DNA from: a virus
Length of the DNA stretch: 64,000 bases
Virus record (IMG/VR): IMGVR_UViG_3300036772_000425
Coordinates: 266,924 to 330,923 of that record
Strand: one strand, 5' to 3'
Of the stretch, positions 1 through 7,960 are shown piece after piece. A program made the translations under genes and the position numbers. Position 1 is the first letter of the stretch. Every line of letters starts with the position of its first letter. Under the pieces are notes generated by a model that searched no databases, had not been told where the DNA came from, and saw only the letters and a list, made by a program, of their open reading frames with translations.

Positions 1-868
1 CGTACTTCCGGAAAGGAGGGGCAACCTTGTTCTTCTTGATCGTCATGATGACATGGATGCCGATGACGTTGCCCTTCGAATCCTTGACCTGCGTACCTGA
101 GGTCAGCTTGATGCGGATGCTGGCATGGTACGGGATCGCCTTGCCACCGGGGGTCACGTCCGGATCGCCGTGGGTGACGCCGATGGCTGTTCGAAGCTGG
201 TTCAGGCACATCAGGGTGATGTTGTTCTGGCCCACGACGCCGGTGATCTTCCGCATCCCCTTGCTGATGACGCGGGCCTGCAGGCCCACCGTGTTATCCT
301 CGTACTCACCGTTGAGTTCTGCGAGGGGCGAGGTCGCAGCGATGGAGTCCCAGATTGCAAGGACGGGTACGTCCTTGACGCCCAGGAGGTTCTTTGCCTT
401 GATGATCGTCTCCTCGAGGGCCTTGAAGACATGCTCTGTCGCATGCATGTCCATGTAGACGAAACCCTTCTTGATGTTGATCCCCATCTGACCCAGCTTC
501 TCGATGGGGGTGGCGTTCTCGGTGTCAATGTAGACGACGATGCCGCCCTCGGCCTGAGCGTTCGCTGCCGCGTGGTATGCCAGGTGGGACTTGCCGATGG
601 AGGGCGGTCCACAGATCTCAATGATCCGGCCTTCAGGGTAGCCGCCGAACGACGCGTTCCGGATGGCGTAGTTGAGTTGGATGGAACCGGTGTTGAGCCA
701 TCGCTTGACCACCGTGGGCGCCTCGGTCTCGGCCAGGTTGTAGGCCACCCGCATCCCGAATTCCTTGTTAAGATCCTTGATCAGGGCGGAGGTGAGCTCG
801 TCGATCTCATCGCCTTTCCCGACCTTCTCCTTCGCAGGCCCAACGACTTCTTTCTTACCCTTCATCAT
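1..868 (-). CDS. RecA/UvsX-family recombinase, 3' end truncated at window edge. The ORF runs off the window and is therefore absent from the ORF track.
   Basis: Minus-strand translation from ATG at 868 gives MMKGKKEV...GRIIEICGPPSIGKSHLAYH (Walker A) ...YIDTENA... GLQARVISKGMRKITG...LMCLNQLRTAIGVTHGDPDVTPGGKAIPYHASIRIKL...KKNKVAPPFRK. This is collinear with E. coli RecA motifs (GRIVEIYGPESSGKTTL / FIDAEHALD / [35 protein letters not shown] / VKNKIAAPFKQ). Confidence 0.85.
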   Translation of the reverse strand, partial: MMKGKKEVVGPAKEKVGKGDEIDELTSALIKDLNKEFGMRVAYNLAETEAPTVVKRWLNTGSIQLNYAIRNASFGGYPEGRIIEICGPPSIGKSHLAYHAAANAQAEGGIVVYIDTENATPIEKLGQMGINIKKGFVYMDMHATEHVFKALEETIIKAKNLLGVKDVPVLAIWDSIAATSPLAELNGEYEDNTVGLQARVISKGMRKITGVVGQNNITLMCLNQLRTAIGVTHGDPDVTPGGKAIPYHASIRIKLTSGTQVKDSKGNVIGIHVIMTIKKNKVAPPFRKY

Positions 869-911
869 CGAACTCCATGATCAGAAACTGACACGAGAAA
901 GACACATGAAC

Positions 912-943
912 GGGCGACATGGATCAAACAGACCCATGTCGCC
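912..943 (-). terminator. Candidate intrinsic terminator hairpin between the SSB and recombinase genes
   Basis: 10-bp inverted repeat GGGCGACATG...CATGTCGCCC with a 13-nt loop. On the minus-strand RNA it is followed by a U-rich stretch (GUUCAUGUGUCUUUCUCGUGUC). Confidence 0.35.
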
Positions 944-964
944 CAGAGGTTCAGGAGCCGGTGC

Positions 965-1873
965 TCACTCGCCCGTGTCCGAGTCGCCCATCATCTCCTT
1001 GAACGCATCGTCAAGGCTCTGCTTCGGCGTAGACTCGGATTCATCGAGATCAACCTTCTTGGTTCGCTTCACGGGAGCCTTCACGGGCTCCGATTTTGCA
1101 GGTGCCTTCAGGTCATCGGCGAGCTTGTCGAGCTCATCCTTGGGCTTCACCCCCCGTGCAGTGCCCTCGTCGTTCGTTGCTTCATCACCAGAAGCGCCGC
1201 TGGCAAGCCAGGCATTGAGCACCTGTTCGATCTCTGCAGATGACTTCTGCGGGTACATGTCATCGATGTTGGGAACGGAATCCAGCAGCTTCTTGATCTT
1301 CTCGGGATCTTCAACGAGCTTGGTCTGCTTGCGACCGAGGTCGATGACGGTGTCAAGGACCTCCTTGTTGTTGTACTTCTTGCCCGACTTCTTGATCTCC
1401 ACGATCAGGTCGATGCCCTCGAGCGGGTCCATGTAGTCGATCAGGTCGGGATTGATCTCCACGTTGGTGAAGAAGTCCAGCAAGCGCCCGTATGGGAACT
1501 TGTTGAAGCTCCAGACCTGGATACCCTTGTCTTCCTGACCACGGACCAGGATCGCTGCGTACGCCGTCATCTTGGGCTGCAGCTTCTTGGCCACCTCCCG
1601 ATCCTCAGGCAATCGTGTCGAGTACAGCTTCCTGATCAGGTCGTTGATCGGATCGGGCTTGCCGAACTGGGTCGGTGCCAGGATCCTCGGGTTGTTCCCG
1701 AGGTAGTAGAAGCGCCGTTCGATGAACGGCATCCCATCGGGGGTCGACTTCCAGGGTACCAACCGGACCGTGTACTTCCCGACCTCGGGTTTCCAGAGCT
1801 GGACGTTCGACGTCCGCCATTGTCCGTTGAGCTGCTCAACCCGCTTACGAATCGCTGCAAGATCTACTGCCAT
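965..1873 (-). CDS. gp32-like single-stranded DNA-binding protein
   Basis: 302 aa. N-terminal WKPEVGKYTVRLVPWK resembles T4 gp32 WKLKLDNAGNGQAVIRFLP. Acidic C-terminal tail (DEATNDEG...DLDESESTP...DSDTGE) is typical of gp32. Sits next to the recombinase as in T4-like replication/recombination modules. ATG start, with a purine-rich stretch (AGTAGGAAAAAGGAAAGAGGACAAC) immediately upstream. Confidence 0.75.
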   Translation of the reverse strand: MAVDLAAIRKRVEQLNGQWRTSNVQLWKPEVGKYTVRLVPWKSTPDGMPFIERRFYYLGNNPRILAPTQFGKPDPINDLIRKLYSTRLPEDREVAKKLQPKMTAYAAILVRGQEDKGIQVWSFNKFPYGRLLDFFTNVEINPDLIDYMDPLEGIDLIVEIKKSGKKYNNKEVLDTVIDLGRKQTKLVEDPEKIKKLLDSVPNIDDMYPQKSSAEIEQVLNAWLASGASGDEATNDEGTARGVKPKDELDKLADDLKAPAKSEPVKAPVKRTKKVDLDESESTPKQSLDDAFKEMMGDSDTGE

Positions 1874-2228
1874 GTTGTCCTCTTTCCTTTTTCCTACTGT
1901 GTACCAGTTTTCTGCACCGTGCAGTTGACCAGGACACTACATTCTGCTGCTTGAAAGTTCAAGCGGTGAAGAACTTCATCTTCACCGCTCGTTCAACCGT
2001 TTTTCCGCTTCTCGTCCGCCGCTTGTTGATCTGTTGCGGGTGCCATGCACCCCACGACGCCGCCTGCTCCGCTGAACTCTTCGATTCCTTGTTCCTCAGG
2101 AGGATCATCAGAAACCAGTTGGTTCGGAACCCTTGCTTGTTGAGTCTCGTTGACCGCTAACCTCAAGTACTTCATGAGCAGTTTGCTCATGGAACTAAAT
2201 AGGCTGTTCGATCCATTTGGTGAGGAGA

Positions 2229-2552
2229 TTAAGCCATCGAACAGGTGCAGTTAGCAAGGCGCGCCTTCAGTGAGTTGATCTCTGCACGGAGCTTTCCCAC
2301 GTATTCATCAGGATCCAGGATGACACCGAGAGCATCCTCGTGTTCCTCTGCACGCTTGGCGAGGACGTCTGCGGGCAAGCACGCATGGACCCCATCGACA
2401 AGATCGCAGTGAACAGAGTACTTGCACTTCGGGCACCACATCGCTTCGTAACAGGCCTTACAGATCATCCTGCCATGACCCATGCTGACGCTGGGCGAAG
2501 CTCCGCAGTCGTCGCACTGTTCATCTTCGAAATTTTCTGGGTCAAACATCAT
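2229..2552 (-). CDS. Small Cys-rich zinc-finger protein (hypothetical)
   Basis: Start chosen at internal MMFDPENFED (ATGA overlap with the upstream ORF's stop). Multiple Cys pairs: CDDCG...CKAC...CPKC...HC. Confidence 0.5.
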   Translation of the reverse strand: MMFDPENFEDEQCDDCGASPSVSMGHGRMICKACYEAMWCPKCKYSVHCDLVDGVHACLPADVLAKRAEEHEDALGVILDPDEYVGKLRAEINSLKARLANCTCSMA

Positions 2553-2788
2553 CGTCCTCCATCCCATCCTGGGTGCCCAACCATGAGTTTGGCTGCTGCA
2601 GCGAGGTACGTCGGTCGTAGCTCCTCGATGCAATCATCCCAGCTTGGGCACCCGTACTCCGAGCTGTGCGCCAGCTTCCCTGCGTGAGAAACGAGGATCG
2701 AGGCACCGCAGAAGATGCACGAAAGCCCGCAGCCGCTGATGATCTCACCCGTCTTCGTCCGGCTCCCCACGAAAGCTCTTTCGCTCAT
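2549..2788 (-). CDS. Small protein with CxxxCxxC motif (hypothetical). Possible radical-SAM-like N-terminal fragment.
   Basis: 79 aa. SGCGLSCIFCG matches the CX3CX2C spacing of radical SAM / NrdG-type activases (compare QGCPLRCLYCHN). Stop overlaps the next start (ATGA). Confidence 0.45.
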   Translation of the reverse strand: MSERAFVGSRTKTGEIISGCGLSCIFCGASILVSHAGKLAHSSEYGCPSWDDCIEELRPTYLAAAAKLMVGHPGWDGGR

Positions 2789-3405
2789 GGTTCATCAGCG
2801 CTCCAGCCGTGCCCGCCCTTCTCCATCATGGTGGAGACGTAATCGGCGGTCATCACCCCGTAGACCAACGGTGATGACTTCAGGCAGTAGGGCTTGTTCG
2901 ATTCCAGGACGAAACCATCGTTCAACTTGACGGCCAACCATTCGTCCGGATCGAGCTGGATCCTGTAGTGCTGCAGGACGAAGACGCTCCTGTCGGGAGT
3001 TGTCATGAAGGGGATGTCGTTGTTGTACGCGTACACCTCGCCCCGCTTCTCACGCTTCCATGAATCGGGTTGGTCCACGTAGAAATCGTTCTCCTTTTCC
3101 TTCCCAGGCATGCCCACCTTGCCCAGGTCGTGGAACAGAGCACCGACGATCATGCTGTCCTTGCGCAAGTTCCAGCCGTACCCCTTGTTGAGCACGAGCA
3201 GGTTCTTCAGCACCCTGAGACTGTGATCGACCAACCCACCCGGAAAAGCACCGTGGTAATCTGCCCGAGCCGATGCGGGGCACAGGCACAGGCGCTCATC
3301 GAGTTCATCGAGCATCGTGATCACAGGTTCGGTTCGGGGCCCGAGCCTGCCGCACAGTGAGCGGAATTCGTTCCAGTTCTGCTCGATCTCTTCGGGTGTC
3401 AGCAT
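2785..3405 (-). CDS. HD-domain phosphohydrolase
   Basis: 206 aa with H...HD...D signature (HSLRVL ... ALFHDLGKVGMPGKE ... D). Stop overlaps the downstream start. Confidence 0.7.
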   Translation of the reverse strand: MLTPEEIEQNWNEFRSLCGRLGPRTEPVITMLDELDERLCLCPASARADYHGAFPGGLVDHSLRVLKNLLVLNKGYGWNLRKDSMIVGALFHDLGKVGMPGKEKENDFYVDQPDSWKREKRGEVYAYNNDIPFMTTPDRSVFVLQHYRIQLDPDEWLAVKLNDGFVLESNKPYCLKSSPLVYGVMTADYVSTMMEKGGHGWSADEP

Positions 3406-3443
3406 GGCAGGATCGTAACACGATCCGACCCATCGTTCAACGT

Positions 3444-4667
3444 TCAGACATCGTCAGCTTTGAGCATGAAACGTTGGACGTACCCCTTGATCCGTAGGGA
3501 GTTGATGGCACGGATCGCCGGCACCTCATCCTTGTGAGCATCGATCAGGATCGCATCGTGCAGAAGGAATATGGGCACCGACCTGGGTGCCACCGACGTA
3601 AGTTGGTCGATCACCTGCCTGAAACCGAGCAGGGTGATGTCCACCCCCGATGACTGACCGTAGTACGCAATGAACAGGTTGTCAAGCGGTTCATCGACCA
3701 CGATGGGTCGACCATGACGGTTCATGATCTTTCCGGTCTTCAGGAACTGCGCCTTGATCCGAGCGAGGAGCTCATGCGTGCTGAAGTACCGTTTGACACG
3801 TTGGACGAACTCGTCCAGTGCTGCTCCCTCGATCCCAAGCTGCACACCCAGGGCGCGTTTGCTGCTGCCGTAGAGCTCACTGATCACAGCGCCCTTGATG
3901 GCTTTGCGTTCGTAACCCAATTCTCGAGCGATCATCTGGTACAGGTCGGGTTCATCGCAGCGGCCACCGTGTTCGTACAGCAGGATCCTAGCCTCCAGTG
4001 CCGCAAAATCCAACGAGATCACCTGACCATCGTTCCCATGCCTGGACCTCAGGATCTTCCTGTGTTCACGTTTCAGCGTCAGGATCTGCGGACCGGTCGC
4101 GACCGTCAACCGTCCGGTCAAGGTCCTGAAACGATCGTACTCGACTGCGGGCATGCGACCCAACCTGTTCGGTTCAAAGCTTCGCAGGGCGGGCATGTTG
4201 CCCTCGCCCACGTCGATCAGCTCTTTCCAGAGGTGCTTGTCCACGTACCCGGGCCTCAGGGCCCGGATGACAGCGTTGCCGGGCACCCAGACGGTGGTGT
4301 AGTAATCGAACGGCAGGGTCCCGATGGTACCACCGATCGCGGTCACCAATTTTTTGGTGAAGTCGCGGTGTTCGTTCTCGGGCAGCACGAACCGCCACGG
4401 CACGTCAGTCGAACCGAGAGAACCGCTGAAGTGTTCCATCGACCTGATGAATTGCGGCGCGGGCATCGTCGGCAGCTCGATTCCAGCAAGCCTGTAGAGA
4501 GTGTCGAGACAGAACTCACTGTCCAGCTTGATCTGCCCACTGAGATGCCAGGCTCCGTCAGGCACCGATCCGACCCAGCTGTATCCAGCCTCAGAGACAG
4601 AGAGGTGCTTCGCGGTACCCAGGATCGAAGAATCAATGCAGAACCGTTGCACGATGCATCGTAACAC
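3444..4667 (-). CDS. Family A (Pol I-like) DNA polymerase, polymerase domain only (no exonuclease domain)
   Basis: 407 aa. RFRTLTGRLTVATGPQILT matches the Pol I TATGRLSSSDPNLQNIP. SLDFAALEARIL is motif A (DYSQIELR). RKAIKGAVISELYGSS is motif B (RxxAKxxxFGxxYG). FLLHDAILID is motif C (HDE with D retained). GTG start as called by the ORF track; a later ATG start is possible. Confidence 0.75.
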   Translation of the reverse strand: MLRCIVQRFCIDSSILGTAKHLSVSEAGYSWVGSVPDGAWHLSGQIKLDSEFCLDTLYRLAGIELPTMPAPQFIRSMEHFSGSLGSTDVPWRFVLPENEHRDFTKKLVTAIGGTIGTLPFDYYTTVWVPGNAVIRALRPGYVDKHLWKELIDVGEGNMPALRSFEPNRLGRMPAVEYDRFRTLTGRLTVATGPQILTLKREHRKILRSRHGNDGQVISLDFAALEARILLYEHGGRCDEPDLYQMIARELGYERKAIKGAVISELYGSSKRALGVQLGIEGAALDEFVQRVKRYFSTHELLARIKAQFLKTGKIMNRHGRPIVVDEPLDNLFIAYYGQSSGVDITLLGFRQVIDQLTSVAPRSVPIFLLHDAILIDAHKDEVPAIRAINSLRIKGYVQRFMLKADDV

Positions 4668-4689
4668 CCGTCAACCAACAACTACACGT

Positions 4690-7611
4690 TCAAGGAGCCG
4701 GATCCTTGGGTATGCTCGGATCCAGCTGGGTGATCTGGTCGACGATGTTGGGTGCGCCCTCGAAGACACCGTAACCATCAGCGTACCCGAACTGCCAGGA
4801 TGTCTCGAACTTTCCGGGCGAGAAAGCATGCGTGTAGTTGACCACGATGTAGAGGTTGTCCAGCGTGGTACCCGTCTGGAAATCGATGAAGTACTTCTGG
4901 GCGTTGGTCGCCAGTGGGTTGCCCAGGCTTGTCATGCTGAGTTGGGCTGGGATGACCCGCAACGGTAGGCCCATGGCGCCGGCGCCGTTCGGCGCGGCGG
5001 TATTCTTGATGGTCTGCGATCGGATCATCTGGACCGTCGACAGCAGGGGTTCAGCCTTGGAGGCGAGGTTCGCGCTGGAGATGGTCGAACCGTTCGAACC
5101 GAACCTGATTGTGGGTACCAGCTGGGCAAGGGCGTTCTTCAGCTGTTGAGCATCGGTGAACTGGCTGATCTGCACGCGCCCAGAAGCCTCGTCCTCCTGG
5201 TACTGCATGAAGGCGCTGAACAAGGGGTTGTCGCTGGGGCCCTTCGGCAGCAAGGATTTCGCGTAGTCGTTGGACGGCGTCGCGATGAACCCTGAGTTGA
5301 ACGGGTTCTTGAAGAACTGAGATGCAGCCCGGTGGGTGTTGGTCTGCTTGTCGTACACATGGATCCGCATGATCTTCCGGGTTGATTTGCCCTTCGCGTC
5401 CTTGATGGACACGCTGGTATCAGTCGTGGCAGAGTACGCAAGCACCTGGAGCACGTCGTTCTGCCCTGCATCGCTCACCCTTTCATGTGAGCATTCGATG
5501 TACATCTCTACCACCGGTTTCTTAAACGGTCCGTACTGCTTGTTGTAGGAAGCCAAACGGTTCTCGAACGCCTGTTCGTTATCCTTGCCCGACTTCACCT
5601 GCGCATCCTTGCCCTTGGCGTACGGTTCGTAGTACTGCCGCAGCCCGTATCCGGGCGCCCGGTTGTCCAGGAACTGTGCGTTGATGCACAGCCCCAAGAA
5701 ATCCTCCAGAGTGATCTTGTCGCCGCCGCGCTGCTTGGCAGTGTCGGTGAACTGGTCCATGAACTGCGGTAGGTCGATCGGGAACTCAGCGATGTTCTTC
5801 GAGCTGACGGGCCCACACGATTCATTGAGGCTGTAGAAGAAAACCTGCACCTCGTCCACCGTCTCCGGGATGCTGTTCGTGGCCCTCAAGGCGAAGACGC
5901 TGAACAGCTTCCCGAACGATACGACCCGATGCAGGGCGGTGTCCACCTTGGACGCAGGAGCTGAGTTCAGGCTGTCGCAGATCTGGGCCAGCTCGTTGTC
6001 GTCGGAATCGTACGGGGTGGACTTCGCAGACGAGGGCAAGAAAGGATCGAACCCTGTCTGCACCTCCTTGAACATCTTCTGAACCTGGTTCGCAGCACGG
6101 TGATCGTACTCCTCCTTCAGGGTGTACTTGGTCTTGTCCCGTTGGTCGGGCGTGTACAGCTGCTTGAGTGAATTGATCAGCCCGGACAGTGCCGTCTTGT
6201 CGACGGTCGCGTTCTTCTCCAGGTTCTTCTTCAGGGTGTCGATGTTTGTGTTGACATCGTTCGCCTTCATCTCTGGGAAGTTGCCGGTCTCGGCGGCGTC
6301 CAGGATCTGGAAGATCCGCATCTCCTTGTTCAGGCCCTCTGGCGGGTCCAGCTTCAGGCGCTGCCGGTAGTAGGAGATCTTCTCGATCAGGGCCTTGACC
6401 TGCCGCATCCTGAACGCTGAATCATCATCGTTATCAGTCACCTTCAGGTCACGCATCTCGGCCACCCCCTTGGTGAAGAGCTCGAGGTTGACGGTGACCT
6501 GACCCATCTGGTCGAAAGAGAAGTTCGAGTTGACGATGTGGTATGCCTCCCGCATCATCATGTTGTTGTTGATGTAGTCGAAGTACGGGTTCTGACCGGC
6601 TCGGGAAGGAGCGCGCCAACCGTACGTCATCCATATGGTGACGCCGGTGTAGACCCTCGGTCGAAGCAGGTCGCTGATCTCATTGAGACGGGACCTGTCA
6701 TGTATCTTGAGTGTCAGGTTGGCCTTCTTGTAGCAGAAGTAACCAGCACCTGTCGGCACAGAGTTGATGTTGACGTGCTCAAGGGAGGCGAACGGCCGGA
6801 ACGGATCGATCACGTCGGTGTAACGATCGCCGGCGGTGCCCACCGATTGGTTCGGCAATGGATTGACCAGGGTCTGCGGTGACGTGAACGCCTCCATGCC
6901 CATGTAATCCAGCTCACCCTGCTTCGCTCCGGTGCCATCCACGATGGGCAGGCGCCTGATGTCAGCGTCCGTCATCGCCTTGTTCGCACCGTCGAACGTC
7001 GTCGTATCAGCCGCTCCCAGGAGGAACTTGAGCAGACCACCGGTCTGCAGTTGGTCGGCTGGATCCCGACTGAACTGGAATTCAACCTGCATGTAGGGCA
7101 CCAGCTGCGACAGCACGGTGCTCGGCATGTTGTTCATGAACAGCTCTCCCCGCTTCGTGTTCCGGTTCGCCGGGTTGAAGAAGGGAGAACGGGTGATGAT
7201 CACCCCCATACCGAAACCATCACGCAGCTGGTAGTCGCCGCCGATGACCTCCTGCAGGCTGCTTACGTTGTACGGAGAACCGTCAGGGTTCGTAGCGATC
7301 TGATGCTTGGGCGTGTTCGACCCCACCGACACGATCTTCTCGTTCGTCCAGATGGTGAGGTAGTTCGACAAGTCCACACCTCCGAGGTCAGGGTTCCCCT
7401 TGATCTCGTTGATCTTGTTCTCGATGTCCTGCAGGTTGTAGACGCCCCGCCCGCTGTTCTCCAGGATGCTCATGAGCAGCTTGTACGGGTTGCTGTTGTC
7501 ACCGATCTTGTCGATCGAGCCGCCCAGGCTGGTGGCGACCGAACCGTTCATGTCGCTGGGCAGGAACATCGTGGAGATCCCGTCCAGCGTGGTGAAATCG
7601 CTGTCGGCCAT
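4690..7611 (-). CDS. Large virion structural protein (putative baseplate/tail component)
   Basis: 974 aa from MADSDFTTLDG (ATG placed 2 nt after the stop of the LysM gene). N/S/T/G-rich, no enzymatic motifs. Lies within the tail morphogenesis block directly after the protein-X homologue. Confidence 0.55.
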   Translation of the reverse strand: MADSDFTTLDGISTMFLPSDMNGSVATSLGGSIDKIGDNSNPYKLLMSILENSGRGVYNLQDIENKINEIKGNPDLGGVDLSNYLTIWTNEKIVSVGSNTPKHQIATNPDGSPYNVSSLQEVIGGDYQLRDGFGMGVIITRSPFFNPANRNTKRGELFMNNMPSTVLSQLVPYMQVEFQFSRDPADQLQTGGLLKFLLGAADTTTFDGANKAMTDADIRRLPIVDGTGAKQGELDYMGMEAFTSPQTLVNPLPNQSVGTAGDRYTDVIDPFRPFASLEHVNINSVPTGAGYFCYKKANLTLKIHDRSRLNEISDLLRPRVYTGVTIWMTYGWRAPSRAGQNPYFDYINNNMMMREAYHIVNSNFSFDQMGQVTVNLELFTKGVAEMRDLKVTDNDDDSAFRMRQVKALIEKISYYRQRLKLDPPEGLNKEMRIFQILDAAETGNFPEMKANDVNTNIDTLKKNLEKNATVDKTALSGLINSLKQLYTPDQRDKTKYTLKEEYDHRAANQVQKMFKEVQTGFDPFLPSSAKSTPYDSDDNELAQICDSLNSAPASKVDTALHRVVSFGKLFSVFALRATNSIPETVDEVQVFFYSLNESCGPVSSKNIAEFPIDLPQFMDQFTDTAKQRGGDKITLEDFLGLCINAQFLDNRAPGYGLRQYYEPYAKGKDAQVKSGKDNEQAFENRLASYNKQYGPFKKPVVEMYIECSHERVSDAGQNDVLQVLAYSATTDTSVSIKDAKGKSTRKIMRIHVYDKQTNTHRAASQFFKNPFNSGFIATPSNDYAKSLLPKGPSDNPLFSAFMQYQEDEASGRVQISQFTDAQQLKNALAQLVPTIRFGSNGSTISSANLASKAEPLLSTVQMIRSQTIKNTAAPNGAGAMGLPLRVIPAQLSMTSLGNPLATNAQKYFIDFQTGTTLDNLYIVVNYTHAFSPGKFETSWQFGYADGYGVFEGAPNIVDQITQLDPSIPKDPAP

Positions 7612-7613
7612 GT

Positions 7614-7907
7614 TCAACCCACCAGGGCGGCGACCGCAGGCAAGGCCGGGATGTTGATGATGGTGCCGACGGGCACCTGCATCCCCCAACCGATGTTGCT
7701 AGCCGCCGCTAGAATCCACCAGTACCGAGCATCGCCGTAGACCACACCGGCGATGGTATCCAATCGTTCGGCACCGCGCACGATCATCTGTTTCACCGGA
7801 AGCTGTCCGTTCTTCATCGCGGATTGGACAGCTTCCCGTGCGCGAGATGAACCGAACTGCGCTCCGAAGTTGAGCACAGGAGATCGCGTGTACCGGGTGA
7901 ATGCCAT
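7614..7907 (-). CDS. LysM-like tail/baseplate protein (P2 gpX-like)
   Basis: 97 aa. ERLDTIAGVVYGDARYWWILAAASNIGWGMQVPVGTIINIP parallels P2 gpX QGDTLDAICVRYYGRTEGVVETVLAANPGLAELGAVLPHGTAVELP (LysM fold). Confidence 0.6.
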   Translation of the reverse strand: MAFTRYTRSPVLNFGAQFGSSRAREAVQSAMKNGQLPVKQMIVRGAERLDTIAGVVYGDARYWWILAAASNIGWGMQVPVGTIINIPALPAVAALVG

Positions 7908-7960
7908 GCTCTTACATAGAGCCGGGCTTCAACCGAACGCCTGCATTATCACAACTACGA

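Noticed and set aside
125-880. Long plus-strand ORFs (for example 125..880, 3714..4664, 7051..7740, 8144..8896, 25857..27008, 45682..46611, 59983..60762) overlapping minus-strand genes
   Set aside because: Their translations are low-complexity D/L/G/V/R-rich sequences with no motifs. They lie antisense to well-supported genes (recA, polA-like, structural, sheath, capsid, rad50). Such open antisense frames are expected at about 60% GC.
1874-2228. Small ORFs (1951..2160 plus strand, 1993..2190 minus strand) in the 355-bp gap upstream of the SSB gene
   Set aside because: No motifs and mutually overlapping. The region more likely holds regulatory sequence for the SSB gene (purine-rich RBS region). 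The minus-strand 65-aa ORF cannot be excluded but lacks support.
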